From Gemmatimonadaceae bacterium (GTDB taxonomy: Bacteria; Gemmatimonadota; Gemmatimonadetes; Gemmatimonadales; Gemmatimonadaceae): DNA of 60,920 nt. Below the pieces are notes generated by a model that was given only the letters and a program-made list of their open reading frames with translations, searched no databases and had not been told where the DNA came from. Within the stretch, counting starts at the first letter, position 1. Every line of letters starts with the position of its first letter. Shown here piece by piece: positions 10,023 to 20,685 of the stretch. A program made the position numbers and the translations under genes. The stretch spans positions 60,064 to 120,983 of the forward strand of contig JBGAJQ010000008.1 in assembly GCA_044224875.1 (NCBI GenBank), in the 5' to 3' direction.

Positions 10023-12035
10023 TCACATCTTGGGCTTGAGATACTTGTCGTACCACGCCAGGTAGCGTTGCAGCCGATCCCGCTGGTAGCTCGGAATCGT
10101 GATGCCATGAAACTGGTTGGGATAGACGATCATCTCCGCGTCGATCCCCTGACTCTTCAATGCCATATACATCTGCTCGCCGCCGGTCACCGGGACATTG
10201 GAGTCCTTCTCGCCGCCAAGGAAGAGCGTCGGCGTCTTGATCCGATCGGCATGCCAGAACGGATACGACAACTTCTCCCAGAGCTTCGGGTTCTTCCATG
10301 GATCGCCGAGTTCGTTGGCGTACTGATAGATGTACTGGTCGGTCCCGTACATGGTGGTCTGCAAGGCACTCCCGGCGCCGCTGGTGGCGGCCTTGAACCG
10401 CGTGGTGGTGGCGATGGTGTAGTCGGTGAGAATGCCGCCGTAGCTCCACCCACCGATGCCTAACCGGTCCGGGTCGGCGACGCCAGACGCCACCACCTGG
10501 TCCACAGCGGCAAGCAGGTCCTGCACCTCCTTGTTCCCCCAGTCGGCGAAGATGGCCTTCTGGTAGTCTTGCCCGCGACCCGACGAGCCCCGGTAGTTGG
10601 CGGCGATCACGGCGTACCCGTTGGCGGCGAAGAGCTCTCGTTCAAAGGAAAACGAGTGCTGGTCCTGTCCATTGGGCCCACCGTGGATACGAAGCAGCGT
10701 CGGCAGCTTGCTTCCCAGTTGGTATCCCGCGGGCTTCACGAGCAGGCCGTTCACGATCGTTCCATCCTTTCCCTTCGCCGAGAAGTCCTCGGTCGTCGCC
10801 AGCTGCACCTCCTGCAGCCAGGCATCGTTCTCGTGCGTCAGGGCGCGGAGCGAAGCACCGTCGACGGCGCTGATCTCGTTAGGCTGAGATGCCGTGCCAG
10901 CGACGACCACCAAGTGGTCCTTGCCACCAACGGCCAGTTCGCTGATCACGCGACGCCCTTCCACCAGGCGCTCGGTACTGCCATCGGCAACGCGCACGCG
11001 GGCGAGGTGCTGTGCGCGGTCGTCGGCGATGAGCACGAGAATGGACCCGCCGTCGCTTGTGAACTCCGGATCGCTGACTGGCCGGTCCAGCTGCGCGGTG
11101 AGCACCCGCGACTCCCCGCCCTGCGCCGGCACGATCGCCAGCCGATTGAGCGAATACGCCGATAACTCGGGGGCACTTCCCTGCAGGTAGGCGATCCACT
11201 TCCCGTCGGGGGACCAAGCCGGTCGACCGCCATCCGGTCCGTTGAAGGTTGTGAGCTGACGGACCGCTGAGCCAGCGCGCGCATCCACCACAAAGATGTC
11301 CGAGTTGTTCAGGCGGTCTGGATCGGCCGTGCGTTCGCTGACGAAGGCGATCCTGGTGCCGTCCGGGGACCACGCAGGATTCGCGTCATCGTACGGGCCG
11401 CTCGTGAGCTGGATCTCCTTCTTGGAATCCAGGTCGAACACCCACACGTGGTTCCGGCGGTCACCCAGGTACCCCTCGACGTCACGCTTGAACGCGTAGC
11501 GATTGATCACGATCGGCTTGGGCGTCTTGGCAGCCGAGGAGTCCTTCGGTGGGTCGGGTTCCGGATCCTGGGAGGTGAAGGCGATGCGCTTGCCGTCCGG
11601 GGACCAGGCGTAGCTCTCCACCCCGCCCTTGTGCTCCGTCAGCTTGAATGCCTCACCACCGGCGCGATCCAGCAGCCAAAGTTGTCCACCACTCTTGGCA
11701 TCGCCGCGCGACGCCACGAATGACAGGTAGCGGCCATCCGGACTCCAACGCGGCGACGACTCACCGTCCGGCGTGTGCGTGAGTTGCACCGTGCGGCCAC
11801 TGCTCCAGTGCGTCATGTACACGTCGCTGCCGGACTTGTCCCGCACGGAATCCAGCTGCGAAACGACGTAGGCCACCCACTCTCCGTCAGGTGAGACCTG
11901 TGCGTCACGCACGTTGCGCACGCGGAACAGGTCGTCCAGGCGGAGCGACCGCTTGCCCTGCGCGTCGGCGGCGTGCAACGGGAACATCAGCGCCACACAG
12001 CTCGCAATGAACAACACACCACGGATACGTCTCAT
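10023..12035 (-). CDS. S9-family peptidase (acylaminoacyl-peptidase-like) with PD40 propeller, secreted
   Basis: Signal peptide, repeated WSPDG, IHGGP, NYRGSSGRG, nucleophile GWSYGG, then Asp (GEKDSNV) and His (QFHG). Confidence 0.93.
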   Translation of the reverse strand: MRRIRGVLFIASCVALMFPLHAADAQGKRSLRLDDLFRVRNVRDAQVSPDGEWVAYVVSQLDSVRDKSGSDVYMTHWSSGRTVQLTHTPDGESSPRWSPDGRYLSFVASRGDAKSGGQLWLLDRAGGEAFKLTEHKGGVESYAWSPDGKRIAFTSQDPEPDPPKDSSAAKTPKPIVINRYAFKRDVEGYLGDRRNHVWVFDLDSKKEIQLTSGPYDDANPAWSPDGTRIAFVSERTADPDRLNNSDIFVVDARAGSAVRQLTTFNGPDGGRPAWSPDGKWIAYLQGSAPELSAYSLNRLAIVPAQGGESRVLTAQLDRPVSDPEFTSDGGSILVLIADDRAQHLARVRVADGSTERLVEGRRVISELAVGGKDHLVVVAGTASQPNEISAVDGASLRALTHENDAWLQEVQLATTEDFSAKGKDGTIVNGLLVKPAGYQLGSKLPTLLRIHGGPNGQDQHSFSFERELFAANGYAVIAANYRGSSGRGQDYQKAIFADWGNKEVQDLLAAVDQVVASGVADPDRLGIGGWSYGGILTDYTIATTTRFKAATSGAGSALQTTMYGTDQYIYQYANELGDPWKNPKLWEKLSYPFWHADRIKTPTLFLGGEKDSNVPVTGGEQMYMALKSQGIDAEMIVYPNQFHGITIPSYQRDRLQRYLAWYDKYLKPKM

Positions 12036-12211
12036 GACAGGTTCCCAGCGCAGGTTGACGTAGATCCTACTGACGAAAGCGATGACACGTACCAGCTTGA
12101 ACTCATTGAATTTATTCACGACCCATTCGCTACAGGGGCAGCCCAGAGGAGCGACTGCTCGGCGCGTCGGGCGAAGCTCCAGTTGACGGTTTCAGGACTT
12201 GACCCGAATGC

Positions 12212-14029
12212 CTAACGTGACACAACGGACAACTCGAGGTGCGACGCCCTGGACGACGATCGGTACACGCGATGCGTCTGGGCGCGGTAGTCCGATGCCT
12301 TGGCCAGGAAGATGTTTGGGACAAAGGTCTGCGGATTCTTGTCATACAGCGGGAACCACGTGCTCTGTACCTGCACCATGATGCGGTGTCCCGCTCGGAA
12401 CGTGTACGACTGCTGATGCAAATCGACGGTGAACGACACCGGCGTGTTTGGCGGTATCGCCGTCGCCTTGTCGAATCCCTTCCAGTACCGGCCGCGCATG
12501 ATCTCGCTCGCGACCATGAGTTGGTAGCCACGCATTTCAGGGCGCTTCACGGAATCGGGGTAGACGTCGATCAGCTTCACCACCCAGTCGGCGTCCGAAC
12601 CGGTCGTTGAGGCAAAGAGCTTGGCCCTGATGTCTCCGGCGACGACGAGATCCTCAGTCAGCCGCTCGCTTTCCCACACGAGCACATCGGGCCGCCCAGT
12701 GACGAAGCGCTGGTCACGCACCAGCCATGTTTCCCACTCCACGTACGACGGGATCGGCCGTGGACGATAGGGAACCGGGTGTGCCGGATCCGAGACAAAT
12801 CGGTCGTCCCCGGTGCTTGTGCTGGGTGGCGCGAAGGCGAGCCGCCCCTGCTCGCGCAGGTACAGGGAACGCGTGGTGGCCTGCGTGGGCGGCCATGCAT
12901 CATACGTCTTCCACGCGTTGACGCCGGCATCGAACACGGTGGCCTCGGCGACCGGTTCTCCCTCGCGATCCTTCAGGTACTTGGCGAAGAAGCGTGCTTG
13001 TAGCTGACGGAAATCATCCCCGGTCTTTCGGTCAAAGCGGATGGAGCCGAGCGAGTCGGCGTCTTCGTCATACCATTGGCCGTGGAACCACGGGCCGATC
13101 ACCAGGAAATTCTTGTGGGCCGCATCGCTCGCTTCCAAGGCTTTGTAAGAGACCTGTGGGCCGTACCCATCCTCCTGATCCCACCAGCCGCCGACCGTCA
13201 GCGTCGGGATATCAGTGTGCTTCAAGTAGCGTTGCACCGCGCGGTCCTGCCACACGCTGTCGTACGCCGGATGCGCGATGAAGCGCTGCCACGTTGGCCA
13301 CCTGTTGGCGCCGGTGGCACGTCCAAGCGAGTCGAGTGTCGGAAAGCTGCCGTACCAATCGTAGGTGTCCCATCGCGTGATCTTGAGCGGACCCGTGCCC
13401 GCCTGACGAGACTCGCGTCCCGAGACCCACTCGATGCCATACGACTGACGAAAGGCTCCCTGGTGGAAGAAGTCGTCTCCCATCCAGGTGTCCACCATTG
13501 GCGCCTGTGGACTCATGGCGCGGAGTGCGGGGTGCGGCTCTACCATTGCCGCATTGACGAGGAAGCCCGGGTAGGAGATTCCGAGCATGCCTACGCGCCC
13601 ATTTGTGCCTGACACGTTCTTGAGCAGCCAGTCGATGGTGTCCCACGTGTCCGTTGCCTCGTCCACGCTGCTGGCCACGCGCTTGTCGCGCGGCGGCCGG
13701 TTCATGATGAACTCCCCTTCGGACTGGTGCTGGCCGCGGATGTCCTGAAAGACGAAGACGTAGCCGTCGTCGATCAGCTCCTTGAATGCCTCGCGAATGT
13801 TGTACGTGCCTCCCCACCCATCGGTGCCGTACGGCGTTCGCGACATGAGGATGGGCAGCGGGGCAACGGCGCGCCGTGGCACCAGCACGACGGTGAAGAG
13901 CTTCACTCCATCGCGCATCGGAATGCGCACCTCACGCCGGTCGAACACGCTGTCGGCCGCCGACTGTGCCGCCAGTGGACCGCCAAGCAGGAGTAGGGCC
14001 CAGAGGGCACCTCGCAGCACGATTCGCAT
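12212..14029 (-). CDS. CocE/NonD family hydrolase (alpha-amino acid ester hydrolase-like), secreted
   Basis: IPMRDGVKL, RTPY, QDIRG, nucleophile GISYPG, WMGDDFFHQGAFR, GPWFHG and IMVQVQSTWFPLYDKNPQ. Confidence 0.92.
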   Translation of the reverse strand: MRIVLRGALWALLLLGGPLAAQSAADSVFDRREVRIPMRDGVKLFTVVLVPRRAVAPLPILMSRTPYGTDGWGGTYNIREAFKELIDDGYVFVFQDIRGQHQSEGEFIMNRPPRDKRVASSVDEATDTWDTIDWLLKNVSGTNGRVGMLGISYPGFLVNAAMVEPHPALRAMSPQAPMVDTWMGDDFFHQGAFRQSYGIEWVSGRESRQAGTGPLKITRWDTYDWYGSFPTLDSLGRATGANRWPTWQRFIAHPAYDSVWQDRAVQRYLKHTDIPTLTVGGWWDQEDGYGPQVSYKALEASDAAHKNFLVIGPWFHGQWYDEDADSLGSIRFDRKTGDDFRQLQARFFAKYLKDREGEPVAEATVFDAGVNAWKTYDAWPPTQATTRSLYLREQGRLAFAPPSTSTGDDRFVSDPAHPVPYRPRPIPSYVEWETWLVRDQRFVTGRPDVLVWESERLTEDLVVAGDIRAKLFASTTGSDADWVVKLIDVYPDSVKRPEMRGYQLMVASEIMRGRYWKGFDKATAIPPNTPVSFTVDLHQQSYTFRAGHRIMVQVQSTWFPLYDKNPQTFVPNIFLAKASDYRAQTHRVYRSSSRASHLELSVVSR

Positions 14030-14036
14030 GGGCCGC

Positions 14037-16856
14037 CTAACGTCGAACGCCAAAGGCAAAGACCGTCTGCGACGCGAAGGTTTGCCCTGGGCGCAGGATG
14101 GTCGATGGGAAGGCCGCGTGATTCGGGGAATCCGGGAAGTGTTGTGTCTCCAGGCAGAATCCGAAGCGGCGAGCGTACACACGTCCGTTCTTCCCGTGTA
14201 TCGTGCCGTCCAAGAAGTTGCCCGTATAGAACTGCACGCCAGGCTCGGTGGTCCAGACCTCCAGCGTGCGTCCGCTGGTCGGCTCCCAGACTTGCGCCGC
14301 CCGGCGCAACCCGCTGGCGCCGGAGGTCAACACGAAGTTGTGGTCGTATCCGCCGCCCCGTCGCAGCTGCTCGTCCGCGGCGTCGATGCGCTCGCCGATT
14401 CGTGTGGGCTGACGGAAGTCGAACGGCGTGCCGCCCACGGTAGCAAGTTCGCCGGTTGGGATCAGACCGGCGTCCACTGGGGTGAACCGGTCGGCATCCA
14501 GTTGCAACACGTGATCCATGATGTCGCGCGATGCATCGCCGACCAGGTTGAAGTAGGTGTGTTGGGACAGGTTCACAGGCGTCGCCTTGTCGCTGACAGC
14601 CCAGTAGTCCACCGTCAGCTTGTCGTCGTCGCCTAGCATGTACGTGACGCGGACGTCCAGTGCGCCGGGGTAGCCCTCCTCGCCGTCGCGGCTGCGATAC
14701 GAAAACTGCACGCCAACCCCGCGATCGTTCTTCATCGGCTCGGCGCGCCAGACCACCTTGTCGAAGCCGACGAGCCCGCCGTGCAGGGCGTTGGGGCCGT
14801 TGTTCGTTGCGAGGTGATACTCCACGCCATCCAGCGAAAACCGTCCGTTGGCGATGCGGTTCGCGTAGCGACCCACCACGGCGCCGAAATACGGCGAGGC
14901 CGTCTTGTATCCACGGAGGTCATCGTGCCCGAGCACGATGTCACCGACGTTGCCGCGCGCATCGGGGGTCAGCACGGACGTGATCGTGGCGCCAAAGGTG
15001 ATCGCCTTTACCGTCACACCGTTCCTGTTCACCAGCGTGTACTCGTCCACGATCTCTCCCAGGGTGGAAATGCCATATGGTTCGCGGCGAATGCGGGCAC
15101 CGCTGGTGTCGCGGCTCGCCTGAATCAGGCGCCGGTTGGCGTCTGCTCCCTCTTTCGACAGCTTCATCACGCCCCGGTCGTAGGTCATGAGACCGTTGAC
15201 CTCCACCTCCACATCCGTCGTCTGGGTGTACACCGCCGCCGAGAGCCCTCGTGCTGGCAGGGGGCGCACCAGCTCTAACACACCGCGGTAGGCACTGGAG
15301 AGTGCGGCGGTGTCGGCAAACGAACGATAGCCCCAGTTCCCGGAGGCCACCCAGGTGTGGCCCGTGAGCGGCAGTCCCAGGCCACCGAACTCGCCCAGGA
15401 CCAGCGCTCGCTTGCCGTCGTCACGCGGAATGGCTGGCCCTGGGTACGAGTGCACGTCCGCGATGTCGCCGACGCCTTCGTCGTCCCAGCCACTGGCGGC
15501 GTTTACCAGCCGCGTCGGATCGTAGCCCTTGAGCCAGTCGACATAGCGGCCGGTCTCGTGTTGTCCCCACCCCTCGTTGAAGGGCACCCACATCACAATC
15601 GATGGGTGTGACCGGCGGGCGTCCACCATGCGTTGCAGCTCGTCCTGAAAGCCCTTGACCGACTCCGGCGAGTCGTTGTCGGCTGACGGCATGTCCTGCC
15701 ACACCAGCAGTCCTAAAGAGTCAGTCCAATAGTACCATCGCTCGGGCTCCACCTTCACATGCTTGCGCGCCATGTTGAAGCCCATGCGCTTGGTCATCTC
15801 GATGTCGTAGCGTAGCGCCTCGTCCGTCGGCGCGGTGTACAGACCGTCCGGCCACCACCCCTGATCCAGTGGCCCGAACTGGAAGACGGGGTTGCCATTC
15901 AGCACGATGCGCTGCACGCCGTCAATCACCTGGAGCCCAATGCTCCGAATACCGGTGTAGCTGCTGACGGTGTCCAACCCCGTCACGATGCGGAGCCGGT
16001 ACAGCTTCGGATCGTCGGGGCTCCAGAGGCGAACCCCGGGAATGCGAAGGGTCAGTGGCGTCCCGCCGCGGCCAGTTGCCGATGCGACGGGACGGTCGCC
16101 GTCCAGGACCTGCACGCTGACGCGCGCACTGGCATCACCGGCGACGCGTGCGTTGATGCTCACGGAACCTGACGGCGCATCGGTGCGCGTGTCCAATGCG
16201 ACCACGTGCGTAGCGGGAACCGGCTCTATCCACACGCTCTGCCAGATGCCGGTGACCGCCGTGTACCAGATGCCGTGCGGCCGCAGCACCTGCTTGCCGC
16301 GAGGCTGCCCGCCTCGGTTCGTGGGATCCCACACGGCGACCACCAGCTCTTGAGCGCCGGACGCGCGCAAGGCATCGGTGATGTCGAAGCTGAACGGGTC
16401 GTAGCCCCCGCGGTGGGATCCGAGGCGGCGCCCGTTCACCCACACTTCGGCCTCCCAGTCGACGGCGCCAAAGTTCAGCAACACTCGCTCGCCCGCACGT
16501 CGTGTCGGCGCGCGGAATTCGCGCCGGTACCACAGGCGTTGCTCCTCCGACACATCGCGCCTAACGCCACTCAGCTGCGACTGGACCGCGAAGGGAACCA
16601 GGATGCGGCCCTCCCAGCGCACGGGGCGCCCGCCGACCCTCGGCGCAATGGCATATTGCCACGGCCCGTTGAGCGACGCCCAACGCCCTCGCTGCATTGA
16701 AGGCCGCGGGTATTCCGGGAGCGGGTTCGTCTGGCTGACGTCGCCGGCCCAGCGCGTGCGCAGCGTCGAGGGTTGCTGCGACGCGAGCACTCCGGTCGCC
16801 ACCAGCAGACCGCCGCCCAGCGCGGCCCGGCGCCAGCCGGCGAGGTGCCCAAGCAT
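14037..16856 (-). CDS. GH2 glycoside hydrolase fused to C-terminal aldose 1-epimerase (GalM-like)
   Basis: GH2 part: FGAVDW, GIWQSVW, GPLDQGWWPDG, RKHVKVEP, WVPFNEGWG, LGEFGG. GalM part: GRYANRI, LHGG, DGEEGYPG, NLSQHTYFNL, GYDHNF, QFYTGNFL, CLETQHFPDSPN. All in one frame. Confidence 0.9.
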   Translation of the reverse strand: MLGHLAGWRRAALGGGLLVATGVLASQQPSTLRTRWAGDVSQTNPLPEYPRPSMQRGRWASLNGPWQYAIAPRVGGRPVRWEGRILVPFAVQSQLSGVRRDVSEEQRLWYRREFRAPTRRAGERVLLNFGAVDWEAEVWVNGRRLGSHRGGYDPFSFDITDALRASGAQELVVAVWDPTNRGGQPRGKQVLRPHGIWYTAVTGIWQSVWIEPVPATHVVALDTRTDAPSGSVSINARVAGDASARVSVQVLDGDRPVASATGRGGTPLTLRIPGVRLWSPDDPKLYRLRIVTGLDTVSSYTGIRSIGLQVIDGVQRIVLNGNPVFQFGPLDQGWWPDGLYTAPTDEALRYDIEMTKRMGFNMARKHVKVEPERWYYWTDSLGLLVWQDMPSADNDSPESVKGFQDELQRMVDARRSHPSIVMWVPFNEGWGQHETGRYVDWLKGYDPTRLVNAASGWDDEGVGDIADVHSYPGPAIPRDDGKRALVLGEFGGLGLPLTGHTWVASGNWGYRSFADTAALSSAYRGVLELVRPLPARGLSAAVYTQTTDVEVEVNGLMTYDRGVMKLSKEGADANRRLIQASRDTSGARIRREPYGISTLGEIVDEYTLVNRNGVTVKAITFGATITSVLTPDARGNVGDIVLGHDDLRGYKTASPYFGAVVGRYANRIANGRFSLDGVEYHLATNNGPNALHGGLVGFDKVVWRAEPMKNDRGVGVQFSYRSRDGEEGYPGALDVRVTYMLGDDDKLTVDYWAVSDKATPVNLSQHTYFNLVGDASRDIMDHVLQLDADRFTPVDAGLIPTGELATVGGTPFDFRQPTRIGERIDAADEQLRRGGGYDHNFVLTSGASGLRRAAQVWEPTSGRTLEVWTTEPGVQFYTGNFLDGTIHGKNGRVYARRFGFCLETQHFPDSPNHAAFPSTILRPGQTFASQTVFAFGVRR

Positions 16857-17281
16857 TGATCTCTCTATAGAAGTCACGATGCAGAGGAACTTGCGGCTGA
16901 TTTGCCCGCGGTCAATCGGCAACTCCCGGCGCCGTCGCCCACGGTCGGACTTTGGCCCTTCCAACTTTCGTGCGGCTGCCTTTGGTTGGGTGGCGCCCGG
17001 CGACCGGAGGTTCGAAACACACGGACGCACGTGCGAGGAGGACCACCGGTAGCCAGGTCAAGACGGCGGGAAGCCTCTCCACCCTCTCGCCGAGGTGGGC
17101 GTTGACGGCGAAGGGCAGCAAAGCCGCACCCCGACGTTGTGTTTCCTGCCACGAGACGCAATTTCCAGAAGGTCCGCATTCGACTCGCCCGCGTCAAAGG
17201 ACAACCGCTCGCGTCGGTCCGGGCCATTCGTCGTCTACCGCCCCGGTGCTGTTGCGTTCGCGTCCCAACGGAGTTTCCCCG

Positions 17282-19567
17282 ATGCCACGCCTAGTGATCA
17301 CCTCTTCGACCGCCAGCCTGATCTCGCTACTCCTCGTCCCCACCCCACTGGCCGGTCAAGCCAAGCCGACGATCGAGCAGTTCATGGGTCCTGCCTCACC
17401 GCTCGAGTTGGTGAGCGCAAGAAAGGCGGACCGAGTGGCCTGGATCACCTACGAAAAGGGAATGCGAAACGTCTACACGGCGGCCGCTCCTGGCTTCAAG
17501 GCCGTGCGGCTGACGCAGTTCCTGGCCGATGACGGCGTCGACCTGACGGACGTTTCGATTTCCGACGACGGGCAGGTCGTGCTCTTTGTCCGCGGCTCGG
17601 CGCCAAATCGTGAAGGGTGGGTCGCAAACCCCTCGCACGATCCGAATGGCGGCGAGCGTGTCATCTGGGCGGCGCGGACCGGCGGAGGTCAGCCGTGGAA
17701 GGTGGTCGCTGGCGCCGATCCCGCGCTGGCGCCCGACGGAAGCAGCGCCGCGTATGTGAAGGACGGCCAGGTCTACCGCGCCCGCCTAACGCCAGGCATC
17801 GCGAAGGACAGCATGGACCTGGGACTCAAGCCGTTCATCAAGGAGTGGGGAGCGCAGCGCAGCCCGCGATGGTCCCCCGACGGTCGCAAGCTGGCCTTCG
17901 TCAGCATGCGGGGGAATCACTCCTTTGTCGGCGTGTACGACGTCGCCACCCGGCGCGTGTCGTACCTCGCGCCAAGCGTCGACTTCGACGATGCACCGGC
18001 CTGGTCGCCAGACGGGAAGCAGATCGCGTTCACGCGTCGCCCCGGACTTCCCTTTGGACAGCAGGGACAGGTGGCGTTAGGCAGTATCGGCAACCCGAAT
18101 GGGCCGGCCTCACCAGCGGCGGGTGCCTCGCGCGGTCCCTGCGCCCACGCTCCGTTGCCCGGCAACAATTTCTTCCAGTTCGCGCAAGCTTCCAACCCCG
18201 CCGCCGACAGCGCCAAGGCCAAGGAGCCTCCGGGACTGTGCCGGGCGACCTTCGCGGGCGGATCCACGCTGGCGGTCATGATCGCCGACGTCGCCACGGG
18301 AAAGGGACGGGAACTGTGGCGCAATGCCAAGGACGACTCGACCTTTGCCTTCATTCCTGCGCTGGTGTGGGCGGACGGCCATGTGCTTTTCCCGTTGTCC
18401 GCGTCCAACGATGAGTGGGAGCGGTACTACTCACTGGATGTGGCCGCTACGCCGGCCCGTCCGGTGATGCTGACGACGACGAACGGACTTATCGAGGACG
18501 CCACCTCGGCGGCCCTGTCCAAGGACGGCCGCACACTCTACTACAGCACCAACGCCAACGACATCGAGCGGCGGCACGTGTGGGCGGTGAGCGTTGCCGG
18601 TGGCACCCCACGACAGGTGTCCACGGGCGACGGGATCGAAACCAACCCACAGCCGTTGGCCAACGGGTCGCAGCTGGCGGTCCTGTACTTCGACGCCCGA
18701 ACGCCGGCCTCGGTGGCCGTGGTCCCTGCCGCCGGTGGGACAGCTCGTCCGGTTTACCCCGCGTTAGGCGCTGACTTCCCCACGGCGGCCCACGTGACGC
18801 CCGAGGTGGTGATCGTGAAATCGCCTGACGGCATGGAGATCCACAACCAGCTCTTCCTGCCGCGTGACGCCAAGGCAGGCGAACGGCGGCCTGCGCTCAT
18901 CTTTGTCCACGGTGGACCGGTGCGGCAGATGATGCCCGGTTATCACTACATGCAGTTCTATCACTGGGCGTATGCCTACAACCAGTGGCTGGCCTCCCAG
19001 GGATATGTGGTGCTGTCGGTGAACTACCGCAGTGGGATCGGGTACGGACGCTCCTTCCGCCAAGCACCGAACACCGGCGGCCGAGGGAATGCGGAATATC
19101 AGGATGTCCTCGCGGCCGGTAAGTGGCTGCAACAACGCGCCGACGTCGATCCCGCGCGAATCGGCATCTGGGGATTGTCATACGGCGGTGTGCTGACGTC
19201 GCAGGCGCTGGCGCGCAATTCGGACCTGTTTGTGGCAGGTGCGGACCTCGCCGGCGTCCATCTGTGGGGTAGCTCGCTGGACTCTGCCGCCGTGTCTTAT
19301 CGGTCGTCGGCGATTTCAGCGATCGACGGCTGGAAGTCGCCGGTGTTCCTCGTGCATGGCGACGACGACCGCAACGTCGACTTCGCGCAGACCGTTGGGC
19401 TGGTTCAGCTCCTACGGGCTCGCAACATTCACTATGAGTTGATGGTCATTCCGGACGACCTGCACGAATCCATGCTGCACTCACGCTGGCTGGACACCTG
19501 GAGCCAGATCGGCGGGTTCCTCAAGCGCTTCGTGTGGGACAAACAGAGTGCCGCCACGTCGCCCTGA
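17282..19567 (+). CDS. S9-family (DPP-IV-like) peptidase, secreted
   Basis: Signal peptide, WSPDG repeats, FVHGGP, NYRSGIGYG, GIWGLSYGG and HGDDDRNV. Confidence 0.92.
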   Translation: MPRLVITSSTASLISLLLVPTPLAGQAKPTIEQFMGPASPLELVSARKADRVAWITYEKGMRNVYTAAAPGFKAVRLTQFLADDGVDLTDVSISDDGQVVLFVRGSAPNREGWVANPSHDPNGGERVIWAARTGGGQPWKVVAGADPALAPDGSSAAYVKDGQVYRARLTPGIAKDSMDLGLKPFIKEWGAQRSPRWSPDGRKLAFVSMRGNHSFVGVYDVATRRVSYLAPSVDFDDAPAWSPDGKQIAFTRRPGLPFGQQGQVALGSIGNPNGPASPAAGASRGPCAHAPLPGNNFFQFAQASNPAADSAKAKEPPGLCRATFAGGSTLAVMIADVATGKGRELWRNAKDDSTFAFIPALVWADGHVLFPLSASNDEWERYYSLDVAATPARPVMLTTTNGLIEDATSAALSKDGRTLYYSTNANDIERRHVWAVSVAGGTPRQVSTGDGIETNPQPLANGSQLAVLYFDARTPASVAVVPAAGGTARPVYPALGADFPTAAHVTPEVVIVKSPDGMEIHNQLFLPRDAKAGERRPALIFVHGGPVRQMMPGYHYMQFYHWAYAYNQWLASQGYVVLSVNYRSGIGYGRSFRQAPNTGGRGNAEYQDVLAAGKWLQQRADVDPARIGIWGLSYGGVLTSQALARNSDLFVAGADLAGVHLWGSSLDSAAVSYRSSAISAIDGWKSPVFLVHGDDDRNVDFAQTVGLVQLLRARNIHYELMVIPDDLHESMLHSRWLDTWSQIGGFLKRFVWDKQSAATSP

Positions 19568-19651
19568 GGCCGCTACCCGGCAACATTGTGTGTCCCCTGT
19601 CCGTTGATGGGGGAACAGCAGCTGTCTTTTCATGCGTTTTGGAGGCCCCCC

Positions 19652-20662
19652 ATGAAGTCACGCTGGTTCCTCGCCGCCATCGTCGCGAGTCCGCTCGCGC
19701 AGCCGGTCATCGCGCAGGCCCCGACCACGCCGGTGCGGCAATACGAAGTGCCGTGGGGGCGCGAGGGGCGGCCCCGTGATCCTGCCGTTGCTCCTGACGG
19801 CAAGATCTTCTTTGTGGGTCAGGCCGCGAACTACATCGCGCGGCTCGATCCGACGACCGGAGAGTTCAAGAAGTTCACGATTCCCGAGGGGGCGCATCCA
19901 CACACGTGCATCGTGGATGGCAAGGGCATGGTCTGGTACTCCGGCAACACCAACGGCACGCTCGGGCGACTCGACCCGAACACTGGAGAGGTGAAGGAGT
20001 TCGCCATCCCCGACGGCATCAAGGATCCGCACACCATGGTGTGGGACAAGAAGGGAAACATCTGGTTCACGGCACAGCAGTCGAACGCCGTCGGGTACTT
20101 CGATCTCATCACCAAGCAGTTCCGGATCGTGAAGATTCCGACACCGAACGCCCGCCCCTACGGGATCGTGCTCGACTCCAAGGGACGCCCCTGGTTCAAC
20201 CTGTTCGGGACCAACACCATCGGCACGCTGGATCCGTCGACGTTTGAGCTGAAGACGTATCAGGTGGGGTCGGATCGCACGCGGGATCGCCGGCTGGGCA
20301 TCACCTCCACCGACAAGCTGTACTACACGGACTACACCCGCGGCTACCTGGGTCACCTGGATCCCGCCACGGGCAAGAGCGATGAGTGGCTCCTCCCCGG
20401 AGGCGCGCAGTCGCTGCCCTACGGCATGGCCATCGACGACAAGGATCGTGTGTGGGTCGCGGAGGCCAACCCGGACCGGTTGAATCGCCTGGTGGGCTTC
20501 GATCCCAAGTCCAAGTCGTTCTTCAGCGTGACTGAGGTACCGGGGGATCGGAACACCATCCGGCACATGGTCTTCGACAAGAAGACGAAGCTGATCTGGT
20601 TCGGGGCGGACGCCGGGTTCATCTCCAAGGCCGACGTGTCTGGCAACAAGGTCGCGATGTAG
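19652..20662 (+). CDS. Vgb (virginiamycin B lyase)-like beta-propeller, secreted
   Basis: About 42-aa repeats (PHT/PYG...D..G.VW...N.IGRLDP.TG) and a signal peptide. GGAGG RBS upstream. Confidence 0.8.
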   Translation: MKSRWFLAAIVASPLAQPVIAQAPTTPVRQYEVPWGREGRPRDPAVAPDGKIFFVGQAANYIARLDPTTGEFKKFTIPEGAHPHTCIVDGKGMVWYSGNTNGTLGRLDPNTGEVKEFAIPDGIKDPHTMVWDKKGNIWFTAQQSNAVGYFDLITKQFRIVKIPTPNARPYGIVLDSKGRPWFNLFGTNTIGTLDPSTFELKTYQVGSDRTRDRRLGITSTDKLYYTDYTRGYLGHLDPATGKSDEWLLPGGAQSLPYGMAIDDKDRVWVAEANPDRLNRLVGFDPKSKSFFSVTEVPGDRNTIRHMVFDKKTKLIWFGADAGFISKADVSGNKVAM

Positions 20663-20685
20663 CGAACCGTCAGCTCATACGTGCG

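Noticed and set aside
12107..12118. Palindrome TGAAT-TT-ATTCA upstream of the S9 peptidase, reminiscent of an ARG box
   Set aside because: The spacer is 2 nt rather than 4 and there is a single copy. It may be an operator but cannot be assigned.
19652..20662. Vgb-like gene as an antibiotic-resistance determinant
   Set aside because: It has a signal peptide and no mobile context. Such propellers are widespread and the repeat fold alone does not imply streptogramin lyase activity.
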